A stretch of DNA of 64,000 nt from Vicugna vicugna (lineage: Eukaryota). Shown here one piece after another: positions 14,471-27,619 of the stretch. The stretch lies in the NCBI GenBank assembly GCA_013265495.1, contig MU058384.1:557622-621621 (forward strand), read 5' to 3'. Below the pieces are notes generated by a model. That model ran no database searches. It was not told the DNA's origin and worked only from the letters and a program-made list of their open reading frames with translations. Position 1 is the first letter of the stretch, and every line of letters begins with the position of its first letter. A program made the position numbers and the translations under genes.

Positions 14471-14989
14471 TTACACATATAGACATATTTTTGTCAATGT
14501 ATATATGTGTATGTGTACATATATATGTTTCACAATCATGTTAAGATGTTTTAGAGTGAATGAACTCGGTGGCACGTGATGAGACACTTGCTGATTTATT
14601 CTTTTTTGTTGGTTTGTTTGGTTTCTGAATTTAGTCAACTGGGAACACCTACACCAATCCTCAAATGCTTCCTTCCAAGAATATCTTCTTTGCTCTAAGA
14701 TGTAAGACTAGGCTTTAACAGAGAACTTGAAAACTTGAGCTGAGTGAAAGTGGCTTTTTAAGGGAACAATCCAAATACTTTATATTAGTATTTTCAAAAT
14801 ATACTTTCCTAAGATCAAACAATGTGTATTTAATGGGTAATAAATATTGACATATGCAATGTGAAAACTTTATTATATGTTTTTCAAATCTTTGAAGTGA
14901 ATGACCTTAGAATAATCAAATCAGATACCAGTGAACAAATCAGTATACTTTAGCTCTATATTTAGCATAGCTGTCCTCAGGTCAAAATC

Positions 14990-15350
14990 TGTCAAACTCC
15001 CATCAACAACAGAATGGACAGCTAAAATGTGGTATAGTATACATCAGTAAGAGTGAACAGCCCAAAACTACACAAAGCAATATGGATAATTTTTGCAAGC
15101 AAAATGAAAAAGAGAAGCCATACCTAAAGAGTGTATATTGTATGATTCCATTAAAAAATTAAATAAATAAAAACAGCCCAGGATATTGGTTTCCCATGAG
15201 GATGAGATCTTGACTCAAAAAGAGGTAAGAAGTTTTCTAAGAATGCTGAAAATGTTCTGTTTCTTGACCTGGGAGCACATTACAAGAGTAAGTTCAACTT
15301 GTGAAAGTTGGTCAAGCTATATAATAATAATAATAATATGTGCCCATTTC
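14990..15350 (+). mobile_element. Old L1ME-type 3' UTR fragment
   Basis: 'ccatcaacaacagaatggacagctaaaatgtggtata', 'gagtgtatattgtatgattccatt', 'aaatgttctgtttcttgacctggg'. Confidence 0.7.
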
Positions 15351-15687
15351 TCTGTTAGCTGTTGTAGCACATTTGCTGTATGCCCTGCAATGAACTGCCA
15401 CTGGCAGAGAGGACAAAATAGGAGTATAGTGTCTAACCTGGATCCTTACAGCCCGGATTGGTGGAGGGAGCCTAATACTAAATTTTCAACTGGGACGAAT
15501 ATGATTAAAGGTCAAGTGTTATAAATTGATTGCCTGTCTAGATCAAAGGAAGATACCACTGGAATCTAACATAGGCAGATAAGGAATGTTGGAGAAGGGT
15601 AGGCTTGAAATACGCATTAAGGTATAACTTTGTACAACTCTAGTCTTAGCCTAAAGATGTGACAATGTAAAGATCTTCATTATAGTC

Positions 15688-16031
15688 CTCCTGCGGTATT
15701 ATAGGCAGCAGTATCAGCAATTAGCTGTAAGGCAATTCTCACTTGGAAGACATACTACTTACTAAGTTTTCAGTTGTTGTCTAGTATTTTTCCCATTCTG
15801 TAGTTAAACTGGTTTATGCGGACCTAATGAAGCCAAGGAGTTTTTGATGATTTTTATTTCATGATTTTTATTTCAGTCAACTCCTGCGGTATTATAGGCA
15901 GCAGTATCAGCAATTAGCTGTAAGGCAATTCTCACTTGGAAGACATACTACTTACTAAGTTTTCAGTTGTTGTCTAGTATTTTTCCCATTCTGTAGTTAA
16001 ACTGGTTTATGCGGACCTAATGAAGCCAAGG
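15688..16031. repeat. Near-tandem direct duplication: two identical 151-bp copies (15688-15838 and 15881-16031) with a 42-bp spacer
   Basis: Base-by-base comparison shows both copies read ctcctgcggtattataggcag...gacctaatgaagccaagg with no mismatch. Confidence 0.97.
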
Positions 16032-17359
16032 TTTAATAGTGATGGAGTTTTTGATGATTTTTATTTCAGACACATATACTATGTCACTTGTTAGCTAAAT
16101 TGACTCTTCATTTCAATGGCCAACAACAGCAGAAAATGACTTGGGTTATAGTGATGAGGTGTGTACTATCTATATATTCTTCCTAAAATTAATTTGGGCT
16201 GTCATTTTCATGTATAAACAAAAGTATTTTGTAAGTACTTTTCAATATCTGTGGCTCTCTTCCATTTTACATTCTAATCTCTTTAAGGACAAATACTTAT
16301 TTTAGTCATTTTATAATACCTGTTTAATAAGTCCTTACTAACAAGGACATAATTAGCACAAGTGACAAGTGACATTGTCTACATTCATTTAATGTGTAAG
16401 CCCCGAAATATAGTACAGATCTGCTTTTCATGCTTCTCCAGAGATTATCTGAGGAACTTGAATTACTCTTCTCCAGTAACTTTTGCTGGGGTATTATATT
16501 ATATCCATCAGATCTTTTAGTTCTTCAGAGCTTTCATTCATCACTTTGGTCATCACTCATCCTCTATTCTGTTCCCCACCATAATCTTAAATGATACTCA
16601 AACAACACTCCACCCAATTCATCTCCTGATTTACACAGGTGCACGAGAAATTCAAAATCAGAACTATCAAAGCTGCTTCATACCTCCACACAAATGAACA
16701 TATTCTATGTAAATAAACTAAAGAAAATCAGATTTGTATGTGGTGAAATTGCTCGGCTAAATAAACAAATTAAAGTAACTAAGCATCTAAGTATGTAGGT
16801 AAGAGCAAGCAGTAACAATTATAATGAACTACTATTGAAGCATTCATCTTGTGTCTTAGAGCTATATGCCAAAAAATGTGAATTAGACAAATGGATAATA
16901 GTATCTGGATTTCTTCCAGTAACTCAGGTAGATATTCATGAAATTATATGAACCATGTGCTTGTGAAGTCATGACTGAACTTTTTAGTAAGTACATTGAA
17001 ACTTGTGAAATTGATACTATTGAGAAATGATGCCAAATGACATCAGAGTTGGTTCTTTCTCCACAGACATGTTAATGCTAAAAATGGGGGGATGGGGCTA
17101 AAATAAATTCCATCTTGGAAAAGGAAAGCATTCGTTAAAAATGATATGCATTTGAAGACAGTGTTGTATGGTATGTTATTCAAGATATAGGATGAACTAT
17201 TTATTTTTATTATAAAAATAGTCTTTGTTAAAGGGCCTATACATACTTAATTTACCAAGTTTTGTATTCATGCCCGAGGCCTGATCCTTGATGCAGCTAG
17301 AAGACCTCGTGTGTCAGTGCCCATTGCACACAGCACAACTTCATGAGTCCCTGTAGGGA

Positions 17360-17795
17360 ACTCCATAGTTCCCCGGGGTGCTGTAACCAAGTTCCACAAA
17401 CTGGGTGGCTTAAATAACACATTTACATTTTCACACGTTCTGAAGGCTAGATGTCCAAGATCACAAAGTGTAGCAGGGTTGGTTCCTTCAGGCGGCTGTG
17501 ATAGAGACTCTGCACAGCTTTCTCCTGGCTTCTGGTGGTGCCTGGCAATCTTTGGCATTGCTTGGCTTCTGCTCATCACCCCAATTTCTACCTTCATCTT
17601 CACATAGTGTTCCTGCTGTGTGCACCTCTATCCCAAAATCTCCACTTTTAGTTAGGTTCACCCTATTCCAGTACGACGTCATCTTAACAAATTACATCTA
17701 GGACTGCTGTTTCCAAATTAGGTCATGATCTGACTCATTGAGTTAGGATTTTAATATTTAAATTTAGGGGGGGAACACAATTTAGCCAATTACTG
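17360..17795 (-). mobile_element. MaLR solo LTR (MLT1C-like)
   Basis: 'gctgtaaccaagttccacaaactgggtggcttaaataaca...ctggcttctggtggtgcctggcaatctttggcattgcttggct...ggggggaacacaatttagcc' is reverse-orientation MLT1. Confidence 0.9.
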
Positions 17796-18069
17796 CCATT
17801 TACATAAGTCAGATCATGTCTGTGGTAGCAGTGGACCTGTCTTGTAGCACAATATTAATCAAAATGAGAATCGTGAAAAGGGCATGGCAATTAATTTTTC
17901 TTTGCAGCTGGGACACCTCATGTCAGTGGGCTTCTATGAAGATGTGATAGTGTGCTACAGCACTGACTCTCAGAAACATATATCATAGTGTACCCAGAGT
18001 CAGGATATCTGGATTTGAGAACTAGTTCTAATGTTTACAAAGTCACTTTGCATAAGATGCTTTTGTATT

Positions 18070-19855
18070 AAATCAGCTTTATTAGAATATTACATACATA
18101 CAATAAAATCTACCTAAATTTTAAGTGTAAAATTTGAAGAATTGTGATAATCATCAAAATAATGACATGAAACACATGCAGCATTCTAAAAACTAACCTC
18201 ACGTATCTCTGCAGTCAGTTTATTTTCCTCAATCCCATGGAACCTGGAAACCACTGATCTGTTTTCTATGACTATAGCTTTGCCTCTCCTGGAAATTCAT
18301 GTAAATGTGTACATAAAATATGTATATAATCCTTTACATGGCTTCTTTGACTTAGTGTATTGCTTTTGTTATGAATCCATATTGCTGCACATATCAGAAG
18401 CTATATGTGGTTTCAATTTGCATTTCCCTAATGAGCAGTAATTTATGCATATTTCTATAAGCTTGTTGGTCATTCGCAGATTGTCTTTAGTAAAGTGTTT
18501 TTTTTTTCCCCCAAAGAATTTGCCCTATTCTTGATTGGTTTATTTGGTTTCTTGTGGATTTATAAGAGCTATTTCTAGATTCTGAATACAAAACCTTTGC
18601 AATACAGGTTTTGCAAAATTTTTTTCCAAGTCTGTAATTTACTAGATGATTTTCTGAATTATGTCTTTTGAAGAGGAAAAGTTTTTAATTTTTTATGACA
18701 TTGAATTTGTCAGGTTTTAAATTTTATGCTTTATTCTTTTTGTGTAGATATTTTTTAAAAAATTGCTAACCCAGGGTTTCTAGATTTTCTCATTTTTTCC
18801 TAGAATTTTATGCTTTTCTAGATTTCATTTTATGGTAAGAGGTATAGTCCATTTCAATTTAATTTTTGTACATATTGTTAGGGAAATATTGAGTCTTTCG
18901 ATTTGTGAGTGTTGTACTTTCTCCATTTCTTTAGATCTTCATTATTGCGTGTAAGTAATATGTTTTTATTTTTCAGGGTATATGTTTTTTATATATTTTG
19001 TTAAATATATCCCTAAGGATTTTATATTTTGATGCAATTTTGGTCCTATTATGGATGCTAATGTGACCTTTTTCATTTTCAACTTGTGTGTTGCTATTAT
19101 ATAGAACTGATTTTTTATATTGGCCTTCTATTGTGCAGTCTTGTTAAATTCAGTTTTTAGCTATGGTCATATTTTTCTAGGTTCCCTTGTATTTTCTAAA
19201 GTCTATCATGCTGTTTGCAAATAAAGAAAAAACATTTCCAATGTAGGTCCCTTTTAATCCTTTTTCTTATATTATTGTACTGGTTAGGGTCTCCAGTATA
19301 ATTTTGAATGAAAGGGGTGTGAATAATCTTCCTTTGATTCTTCCCACTTAGGGGTGAATCATTCCTTTTTTTCACCATTAAGTGTTAAGTTAGCTGTAAA
19401 TTTTTCATGGATGTACCTTATCCGCTTGAGAAGGGTTTCTCCTATTTCTAGTTTTCTAAGAGTTTTTATCAAAAATAAGTGCTGGATTTTGTCAAATGCA
19501 TTTATTGAGATAGTATCAATTTTTATATTCTTGATATGGTAAGTTGAATTGATTGTTTTTGAAATTTAAACTAACCTTGCATTTCTGGAATAAATTCCCC
19601 TTCAACATGGTATATCATTATTTTGATGTATTATTGGATTCAGCGTGTTAATACTGTGTTAAGGGATTTTATATCTATATTCAGTGAGGAATATGAGTTT
19701 GCATTTTTTTTCCTGGAAAGTTTTTGTCTGATAGTTGCATCAGTGGAATGCTAGCTTCATAAAATGAATTGAGAAGTTTCCATTTTCTTATATTTACTAG
19801 AACGTATTATATAGAATTGGTATTATTTCTTAAATATTTGATGAATTTCTAAAAT
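18070..19855 (-). mobile_element. Old LINE-1 (L1MC/ME-type), 3' end and ORF2, decayed with deletions
   Basis: The 3' end 'cagctttattagaatattacatac...aagtgtaaaatt' is followed by 'tggtttcaatttgcatttccctaatga' and 'ccattaagtgttaagttagctgtaaatttttc'. Confidence 0.9.
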
Positions 19856-19864
19856 AAATCAAAC

Positions 19865-20695
19865 ACTTTTAAGTTTAATTAGGTCCCATTTGTTTATTCT
19901 TGCTTTTGTTTCCCTTGCTTTAGGAGACAGATCTAAAAAAAAAATATATATATATATATAGCTACAATTTATGTCAAAGAGTGTTCTGCCTGTGTTTTGC
20001 TTTAGTAGTTATATAGTTTCTGATCTCACAGTTAGGTCTTTAATACATTTTTAGTTTATCTTTATATATGGTGTGAGGAAAAGTTCTAATTTCGTGCTTT
20101 TACATGTAGTTGTCAAGTTTTCCCGGGCACCACTTATTGAAGAGACTGTCTTTTCTCCAGTGTATATTTTTGCTTTCTTTGTTGTAGATTAATTGATTGT
20201 AAGTGCATGGGTATATTTCTAGACTCTATTCTGTTCTGTTAATCTATGTATGTTTTTGTGCTAGTAGCATACTGTTTTGATTACCATAGCTTTGCAGTGT
20301 AGTCTGAAGTCAGGAGCATGATTCCTCCAGCACTGTTCTTCTTTCTCAAGATTATTTTGGCTATTATCATTCTTTGTATTTCCATACATATTTTAAGAGT
20401 ATTGGTTCTTGTTCTATGAAACATGTCATTGGTATTTTGAAATGGATTGCATTGAATCTGTAGACTGTCTTGAGTAGTAAGTTCATTTTAACAATATTAA
20501 TTCTTCGTGTCAAAGAACATGATATATCTTTCCATCTGTTTGTGTCATCTTCAGTTTCTTTCACCAGTGTCTTATAGTTTTCCAAATACAGGTCTTTTGC
20601 CTCCTTAGGTCTATTCCTAGGTATTTTATTCTTTTTAATGCTATTGAAAATGGAATTATTTTCTTAATTTCTTTTTCTGGTAGTTTGTTTTAACT
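19865..20695 (-). mobile_element. Younger L1 ORF2 internal fragment, 3' end missing
   Basis: ORF 20367-20585 ([24 protein letters not shown]...RINIVKM...YRFNAI) is clear L1 ORF2. The left edge 'ttttaagtttaattaggtcccatttg' lies inside ORF2. Confidence 0.93.
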
Positions 20696-23600
20696 TCTCT
20701 AGTTCTCTGCTTTCTTAATAAAACATTTCCTGCAACATATCTGCCTTGTTTGTGACAAAAATACAGAAAAATAAGATTTCTCAATCATTATGTAAAATAA
20801 TAGGATTTCTGTCCTAGTAACTATTGAAATATTACTTTTATGGTGAAAAAAATGTTTGTGAATATTGAATGAAATAAATGATGCAAATAAATTGGCATAA
20901 TACCTGGTCTTGAAACATAATAAACTCATAATTATTTAGTACCCTTTCTGTCCCTTAAGGTATAGAATCTATGTACATAAAGGTGGTTATTTACCTTAAT
21001 ATATTTGTGGTGCTTTTTTCCATAAGGCTCCGTCAATTCCCTCAAAATTAACTGACCTTTATTATTCAAATGATTTAAAAAAATCTTTAAGGAATACTGT
21101 TTTAAATGCTTTTAATTATTGAAATTGAAAAATTCATTAAGAACCTCGATGATTCTGGAAAGATTGGTATTATAATACAGCACAAATAACTTAATCTAAT
21201 TTTCTAATTATACATATATCCCCCCTAAATTACAGAAGTTATTATAGTGTGTTTCTAAGTATGGATATAAATATTATATTCCATAACAATCCTTTTATTT
21301 TCCTAATGTAAACTAATGGAATTAACTCAAAACTTGTCTTCTCCCTTTCCAAAACATGAATTAAACAATGTTCTCTAGTCGGATAGAAGTATGAGCATGA
21401 CTGCTTATTTTAGAACTAAGATGGAAGATAATTTAGTAAGAATAAAAAGTGCTTTTAACAAGCAATGTCATTGGTTGTTTTCAGAAATAGAGGGATATCT
21501 TATTTTGTGAATTATTTTATTCTAAAAATACTTTGCATGTCTTTGTCAGATAAAATTAAGAAAATGACACAATGCTTTTATTAGTAGTATTTGCTTATTT
21601 AATTAGTTTGAGAAAACATACTGCCATAAGTACCTTAGCATCCCAGGTATTATCCACTGCTGTTTCACATCTCATTTTTCTCAGAAAGGAGGCTTTTGAT
21701 TGCCTAAAAAATGTTACATTCATTGTATTATTTAGGTCAATACATTTCATAGGCATTAGAACAATGACAAATATGGTACTTTTGATTGGCATTTTCAAAT
21801 CAGCAGGTTCATGCATGTGTTCATATGCTTTGAAAAATTTTGTTGTGGAATAAAATGTCATTCAAGGCCAGAGACAGCTGCCGAAGGTAAGCCTCATATA
21901 GTGTAATCCAGACCTACTGTTTTTCCACAGCTCATTAAAATCTTACATAATTGGAAAACAAATGCAGTAAAATATTTGTGTGGGTGTTGCCGTGGTCAGG
22001 AATCTCCTTCCTCTGACAGTCTTGTCTTTTTAATCTTCTGATGTTAGAAACAATCCCTTCTTTATCTGACAGCTTCTTGTTTGATTGACTCTTACTGCTA
22101 CCATGTGTCAATCTTTCCACATGTTACGCTTGCTGAGTGTAACTGAGCCATTGGTATGAAGAACAGCAACTTCAGTGATGATAGTGTTGAAACCAACTCA
22201 GATACAAGCTTGATGGGCTCAATATATTTTTGTTTAAAGTGCTAACATGACAGCCCTTAACTGATTATACCACAGTATTTTTTTCTCTAGTATCTCCAAA
22301 GTCAACTGCTAATCTTATGCCTCCTTTTCCCAAGGTGCCCTTTTTACCTTTTTGAATTTGACAAAATCTCTTCTGGATTCTCACCACAAATTCATTCTCA
22401 GTTGTATGGTAATATCGAAGGGGCAATGTTCTACTTATTTGCTTTGTGGTAATAATTAATGCATTACTACTATTAAGCCAAATTTCCTCAACTAGACATT
22501 AATAACAAGCATACTGGTGAATTAATATATATAAAAGCACACCTTAGAGACAGATTAGGTAGTGCATGGTACTACAATTTACCATGCATGTTTATTTGGT
22601 TTAGAGCATTACTAACAAAATATTTTTGAAACTTTAAAATAGTTTCTGATGTGACCATAAAATTTTATAAAAAGCTACTTTTGCATAGATTTATCATGCT
22701 CACATTTATAGAGTAATGGGACTCAAATATCTTATCCTCAGATATAAAGGGAGAAATAAGTTAGAAAAATTAAGCTGCTTGCTTTAAACCTTAAAAGGCC
22801 TTTCTTCCTTTATTAAAAAAAAATTATTCACCAAATTGGAATCTTATCTTTCAATTTTTAATTCTAGAGGTCTGGCCTGTTGAAATTAAAGCTGATTTCA
22901 TTTTCCATTTTATCTTTTCCCATATGCGCTACCACTCATCACAACCATCATCAATATTTATAATGGCATACGAGAGCAGCTCTACTGCCCCCTTATTTCC
23001 TTGTTTATTCAACAGCATCTCGTTAGAAGAGGCTGTAAGAGGCTCAGTAGTTTTGCTCTGTGTATGTGTGTGTGTTTCCATTGCAATGCTTTCTTCCAAT
23101 GTCACTGCCACAGCAGGCAATGTCACCGCCACTGCACTTGTCCTACATAAACAGTGGGACTTGCTGCTCTCTCTTTGTATTATAACACATCGTACGCTAT
23201 GTTTTATCACCCCACTTAGCTATAAATACCATGGTTACATAAAATTATGTAAGCATTCAGAGCCAGAAAAGAGGTCAACCAAATTTTCAAAATAGAAATA
23301 CTGATTTTAAAATAGCTATGCATTCCTCCTTTCCCTGCCACTAAATCTTTCTATCAGCACCCATAGAAGGGTGGTTAGAAGATTTACAAATAGTTCATCA
23401 TAAATGCATAAGTTGCCTCTAATGAGTAAGGGTTTACATGGTAATGGTAAGAGTTTACAGGATTTAATCAAATGCCTCATTTCCTCCTTCATCCCCTAAG
23501 TGCAAATAGTGTTTTCCTTTTTCCCTGACATATATCATCCAATTTGAAAAACTTACTTGTTTTTGTTTTCTTTATCCTTTATTTAATCTCTCTGCCTGAT

Positions 23601-26600
23601 ATTCCATTCATCTCTCTAACCAAATTATCTGCATTTATTATGTGCAGTTATCAAACATCCCTGAATAACTAGTGGCGTTTCCTGACTAAGTAGAAATTTT
23701 ACTCACATAACTCAGTCTGACACATCCCTAAAGAATAGGCGTTTATACAGATTCAGCACTTAAGCAGTTCCAACCACCGTGCACAAGATTCTGGAAGAGT
23801 ATGGTTAGAATTAACCCAAGAAAGGGCTAATACTAACAATATAACACATAGCTCCTTGGCACAGGGTTATATTTATGACAAATGTGTTCAGACTCTGGAG
23901 ATAGTTGGTAAAATATAAATGTTATTTATCCAACAAGTATAACATGAGCATTGCAAGCCTTTACCATCCATTAAAAATTACGTAGTATTTAGACTGAGAG
24001 TGTTGAACACCATTAGTTTCTTTCTGTGACCAGGGGTGAAGTAGAAAAGAAGATGAGATACAGGTGTATCTTACCTGTACACGTAAATGATTCGCTGGGT
24101 AAGCTAGGTGTACAAAGTAGTGTGGTAAGTGTGAAAAGTGAGGCAGTCAGCAGAAGGACACAAAGTATTAAGTTGATGGAGAAGGTGCAGGATGCATAGC
24201 AAGTGACAGTGAAACTATTCTTCACTCAGTCAGGTCTGGAATAATTTTTGGTGCAAATTATTTTACCTGTGCATTTATGATTGAAGATATAATACTGACA
24301 TAATCTGGAATAAAATTATATGAACACTTTATTAAGAGATCTTACAGATAAGACAGGAAGGATTAGATTTCACATCACAAATGTTTTGCATTATTGAGAG
24401 TTAGTAGTGGTTTCATTGATGTTGGCAAGATTAAGAGTTTCTCGAAGAGGAGTCACTCATTCATTTCTGTCTTTTCTGAGCAGAGGATAAACTCTAGGTG
24501 TGACCGTTGACTTTCAAATAGCACCAGCTTCTTCAGTGTACAGCCCGAGGGCACAAAACTTCTATCCTGACCATACCACCCCAAATACTTTAGCACCAAG
24601 AATCGGCTGTTTTTAAATAAGCACACATAATCTACTTTGTATACCAATATTCAACTCAGAATTTCCATTGTTAGCGTGGAGCTAGAAAATGGGTATAGTG
24701 AGCTTCTGAAGGAGGGTGGTGTCGGTGGTGATGACTTTGTTTATTGGCTGAAGTCCATGCACCAACTTCTACTTAAATGGACAAGAGTCTTTATGTTTGT
24801 TAGATAAGCAAATGCTAAATCTTATCAAGAAAAGGGCCCATTAGTTCAAGGATATCAGAGCTCAGTAATTTAATGTTAGTAATGTTATAAATTAAATTTT
24901 CTCTACATAGCACTATAGAAACCAGATTTAAAAGAGGAAGGAGCAGCTGCTGTTTCCCAAGTGAAGGAACACAACAATTTATCTTGTAAACTAGAGCTGT
25001 TATTCTTCTGTCACATTTATTTACTCTCTCCTTTTCTCCCTTTTCTTCCACTCTCAGCTCTTCACCACTCAAGGCACCTTACTCCTGTCTCAGATCCTTC
25101 TGAGTCCATATATGTTTATATATATATATCTCCAACTTAAAATACGTCTATGTCCGGAGACAAAGTCTGCTCTCTTCCTCCTTTATTATCTGCATATTTT
25201 CTCTCCTCACCATCCCTCACCTCAAGTGCCTTCTAAATGTGACAATTTTTGCCTAACTTCATTCTACTTTGCTATACGTATCACTGTTGATTTTTGCTGC
25301 CCATCTTCTGAAAAACTGGATATTTACTTATCTTTCTGTAGTCCTAATCCTTTGTTCACCATTTTTTTTAATTTAGTTTTTTTTACATTGATTCACAAAA
25401 CACTAAAGTAAAAACTTGGAAACAATGGGAACATAGGGAGGAAAACTGAAAAGTACAGTCATAAAAAAGCCAAAAAAAAAAATTCTAGGGAAAGTAGTGC
25501 TGATATTTTGAATGAATTTTAATCCTTCTCAAAAAGAAAACAAGTGAAACTTACAGCAGAAATCTCCTCCGGGCCTATCAGGGAAGTTCTGATTTCTCAT
25601 ATCAGGTGAGTGAACCTTGTCTGTCTCCATCATTAGAGATTTGCTACGGAACATCATTCTCTGTTCCCGCTGCTAAGCTTTATTCATTTGAAACGTTTCA
25701 GTGGCCTTCAATACCACCACTATGCTAAGATCCTAAATATATATAGTTTTAAAGTCTTCTGGATGTCCAGGCGATAATTCTGTATTGCAGCAATAGTGAG
25801 AAAATAGTGTGAGTATACTAGATCAACGTCAGTTACTATGGTATGGAGAAACAATGAAGGTTTAAATAAAAGGCCTTGTCTTGATGAAGCTTCCGTCTCA
25901 TTTGGGCTTACTCGAAGCAACCTACAGAACTGGACAGGGTCGATTTTCATAAAGGGAAAGATCTATTTTTTATCAGAAAATAAAATTCAGAATAAAACAA
26001 TTGAATGTTTCCATGTGCTGAGGGAAATAATAAAGTAATCAATGCTAGGATAGAAGCCCTTTAGTCACTAATTATTAGATACCACTGATTTCTGTTCAGC
26101 TGAAGGTGTAGAGTATTGAATGTGTGGTTTAACTGTCTGAAGTTAGACGGTAATTTATGGGGAACTGTAATGCTTAAGGCAAGAGGTCTCAGCTGAAATA
26201 GTATTTTTTTGTTGTGGGGATACAAGCAGTATAGACAGATGACTCGAAAGAGAGACAATTTGGTTGAATTATAGTGTAATTTTCTAAAATACTCCTTGCT
26301 AACAAAATCTAGATACATCTGCATGCATAACTAATTAGAAAGAATTTAGAGACATGGGCTAAGCTAGTCTAGGCAAACGGAACAGCTGAATGATGATGCA
26401 GAAAAGTTGTCTGAGGTAGTCCCCAGGCACACTGTGTCTCACTCTTGAAGAAGTGGGGAGAGGACAGCACACAATGGGAGAGAATCCAAGTTTGGCAAGT
26501 TGGTGATCTTTTTGCCTTTAATGAAATTAAATATTTAAATATGGTAGAAAATGGTGCCCTTTCCATTTTCCTAATAAAATAATAAAGTTGGCAAAAAGAT

Positions 26601-27619
26601 ATTATGAAGTTTAAAGGCCTTGTTAAAATTATATTAAAAACCATGAACTTTAAGGATTTTAGAGAACTAATTTAAAACATGTTTGCAGTGAGATCACTCA
26701 AGGGATGCTTCTCAGGCCAGTGAAGGATGGGAAATCTTTCAAGTTATCTGTAGACGTTATGTTCCGTAGGGAAGGTCCTGTAGCCTCTCCTGAAACAAAG
26801 CTTGGTCCACAGACACAGAAGTCTGTTCCTGAGCCCCCCTGCTCTTTATTTTATCCTCCATTTTTGAAGAAAATGTACTTCATAGTTGAAAAACAATGTC
26901 TACAAATTTAAAAAATAAACAATCTAGTGATTTAGGCAGCTGTCCACAGTAGAAAGAAAACTGATTTAGATCAGAATATTTACACTCTGTGAACTCCAAG
27001 CTGAACTGTAAAGCTTTAGTTAAAAAAAAAAAAGCTTTTTCCAGCTTTGAAATCCTTTTTATAAAATAGAGATAATAATATCTACTCAAAGTGTAGTTTT
27101 AAGAATTAAACGTTAAAGTGTCAGGCACAGTTAATTGAAAGATTAACTTATCTGTTTATTCTTTTAATAAGAATTTGGTAAGTGTCTATTCTAAGGGAGA
27201 AATGATATGCCAAATACTAGCAAAACGAAGACTAATTAAACATAGACCTTCCCTTCCAAAAGCTAATAGAAGAAAGAATCACGTGGAAAGATAAGTGCAC
27301 TGAATATTCACAAAAGTTATGAGAGTATCTGGTCCCCCTGGGGCCAAGGTCAGCTTTTACATCACGGGATGAACTCACGGTGGGTTTCATAGAAAAGAGG
27401 CATGTGCTTGGGCATGTACGTGGAGGTGTGGGCAGTCAGATGCAGTTGGTGGCTTTGCTTGCTGGAGGAGTGAGGCAAGTGTGCAAAGTCTCTGTATTTG
27501 ATGGAGACAAGTGCCTTATAAAAATACAGACTGAGCGTGGAATAGATATTGAATACGTATATGTTGAAATTACTGTCACTCTAAAGATAGGAAACAAAAA
27601 AGAGGGAAAAATGGTTCCA

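Noticed and set aside
15688..16031. Repeat-spacer-repeat layout as a CRISPR-like array
   Set aside because: The DNA is mammalian, there are only two 151-bp units, and the spacer derives from adjacent sequence.
21807..21886. Possible plus-strand exon ending at the strong donor aag|gtaagc
   Set aside because: The polypyrimidine tract is weak and the peptide is unrecognisable. Isolated consensus donors are expected by chance in 64 kb.
22563..22588. Inverted repeat tgcatggta-N8-taccatgca as a possible miRNA hairpin
   Set aside because: The 9-bp stem is far too short for a pre-miRNA and does not extend.
22924..23295. 123-aa ORF with an NVTATA repeat
   Set aside because: The repeat comes from a 21-bp local duplication (caatgtcac(t/c)gccac, ~23097-23136) next to a TG run. 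There is no coding or splice evidence.
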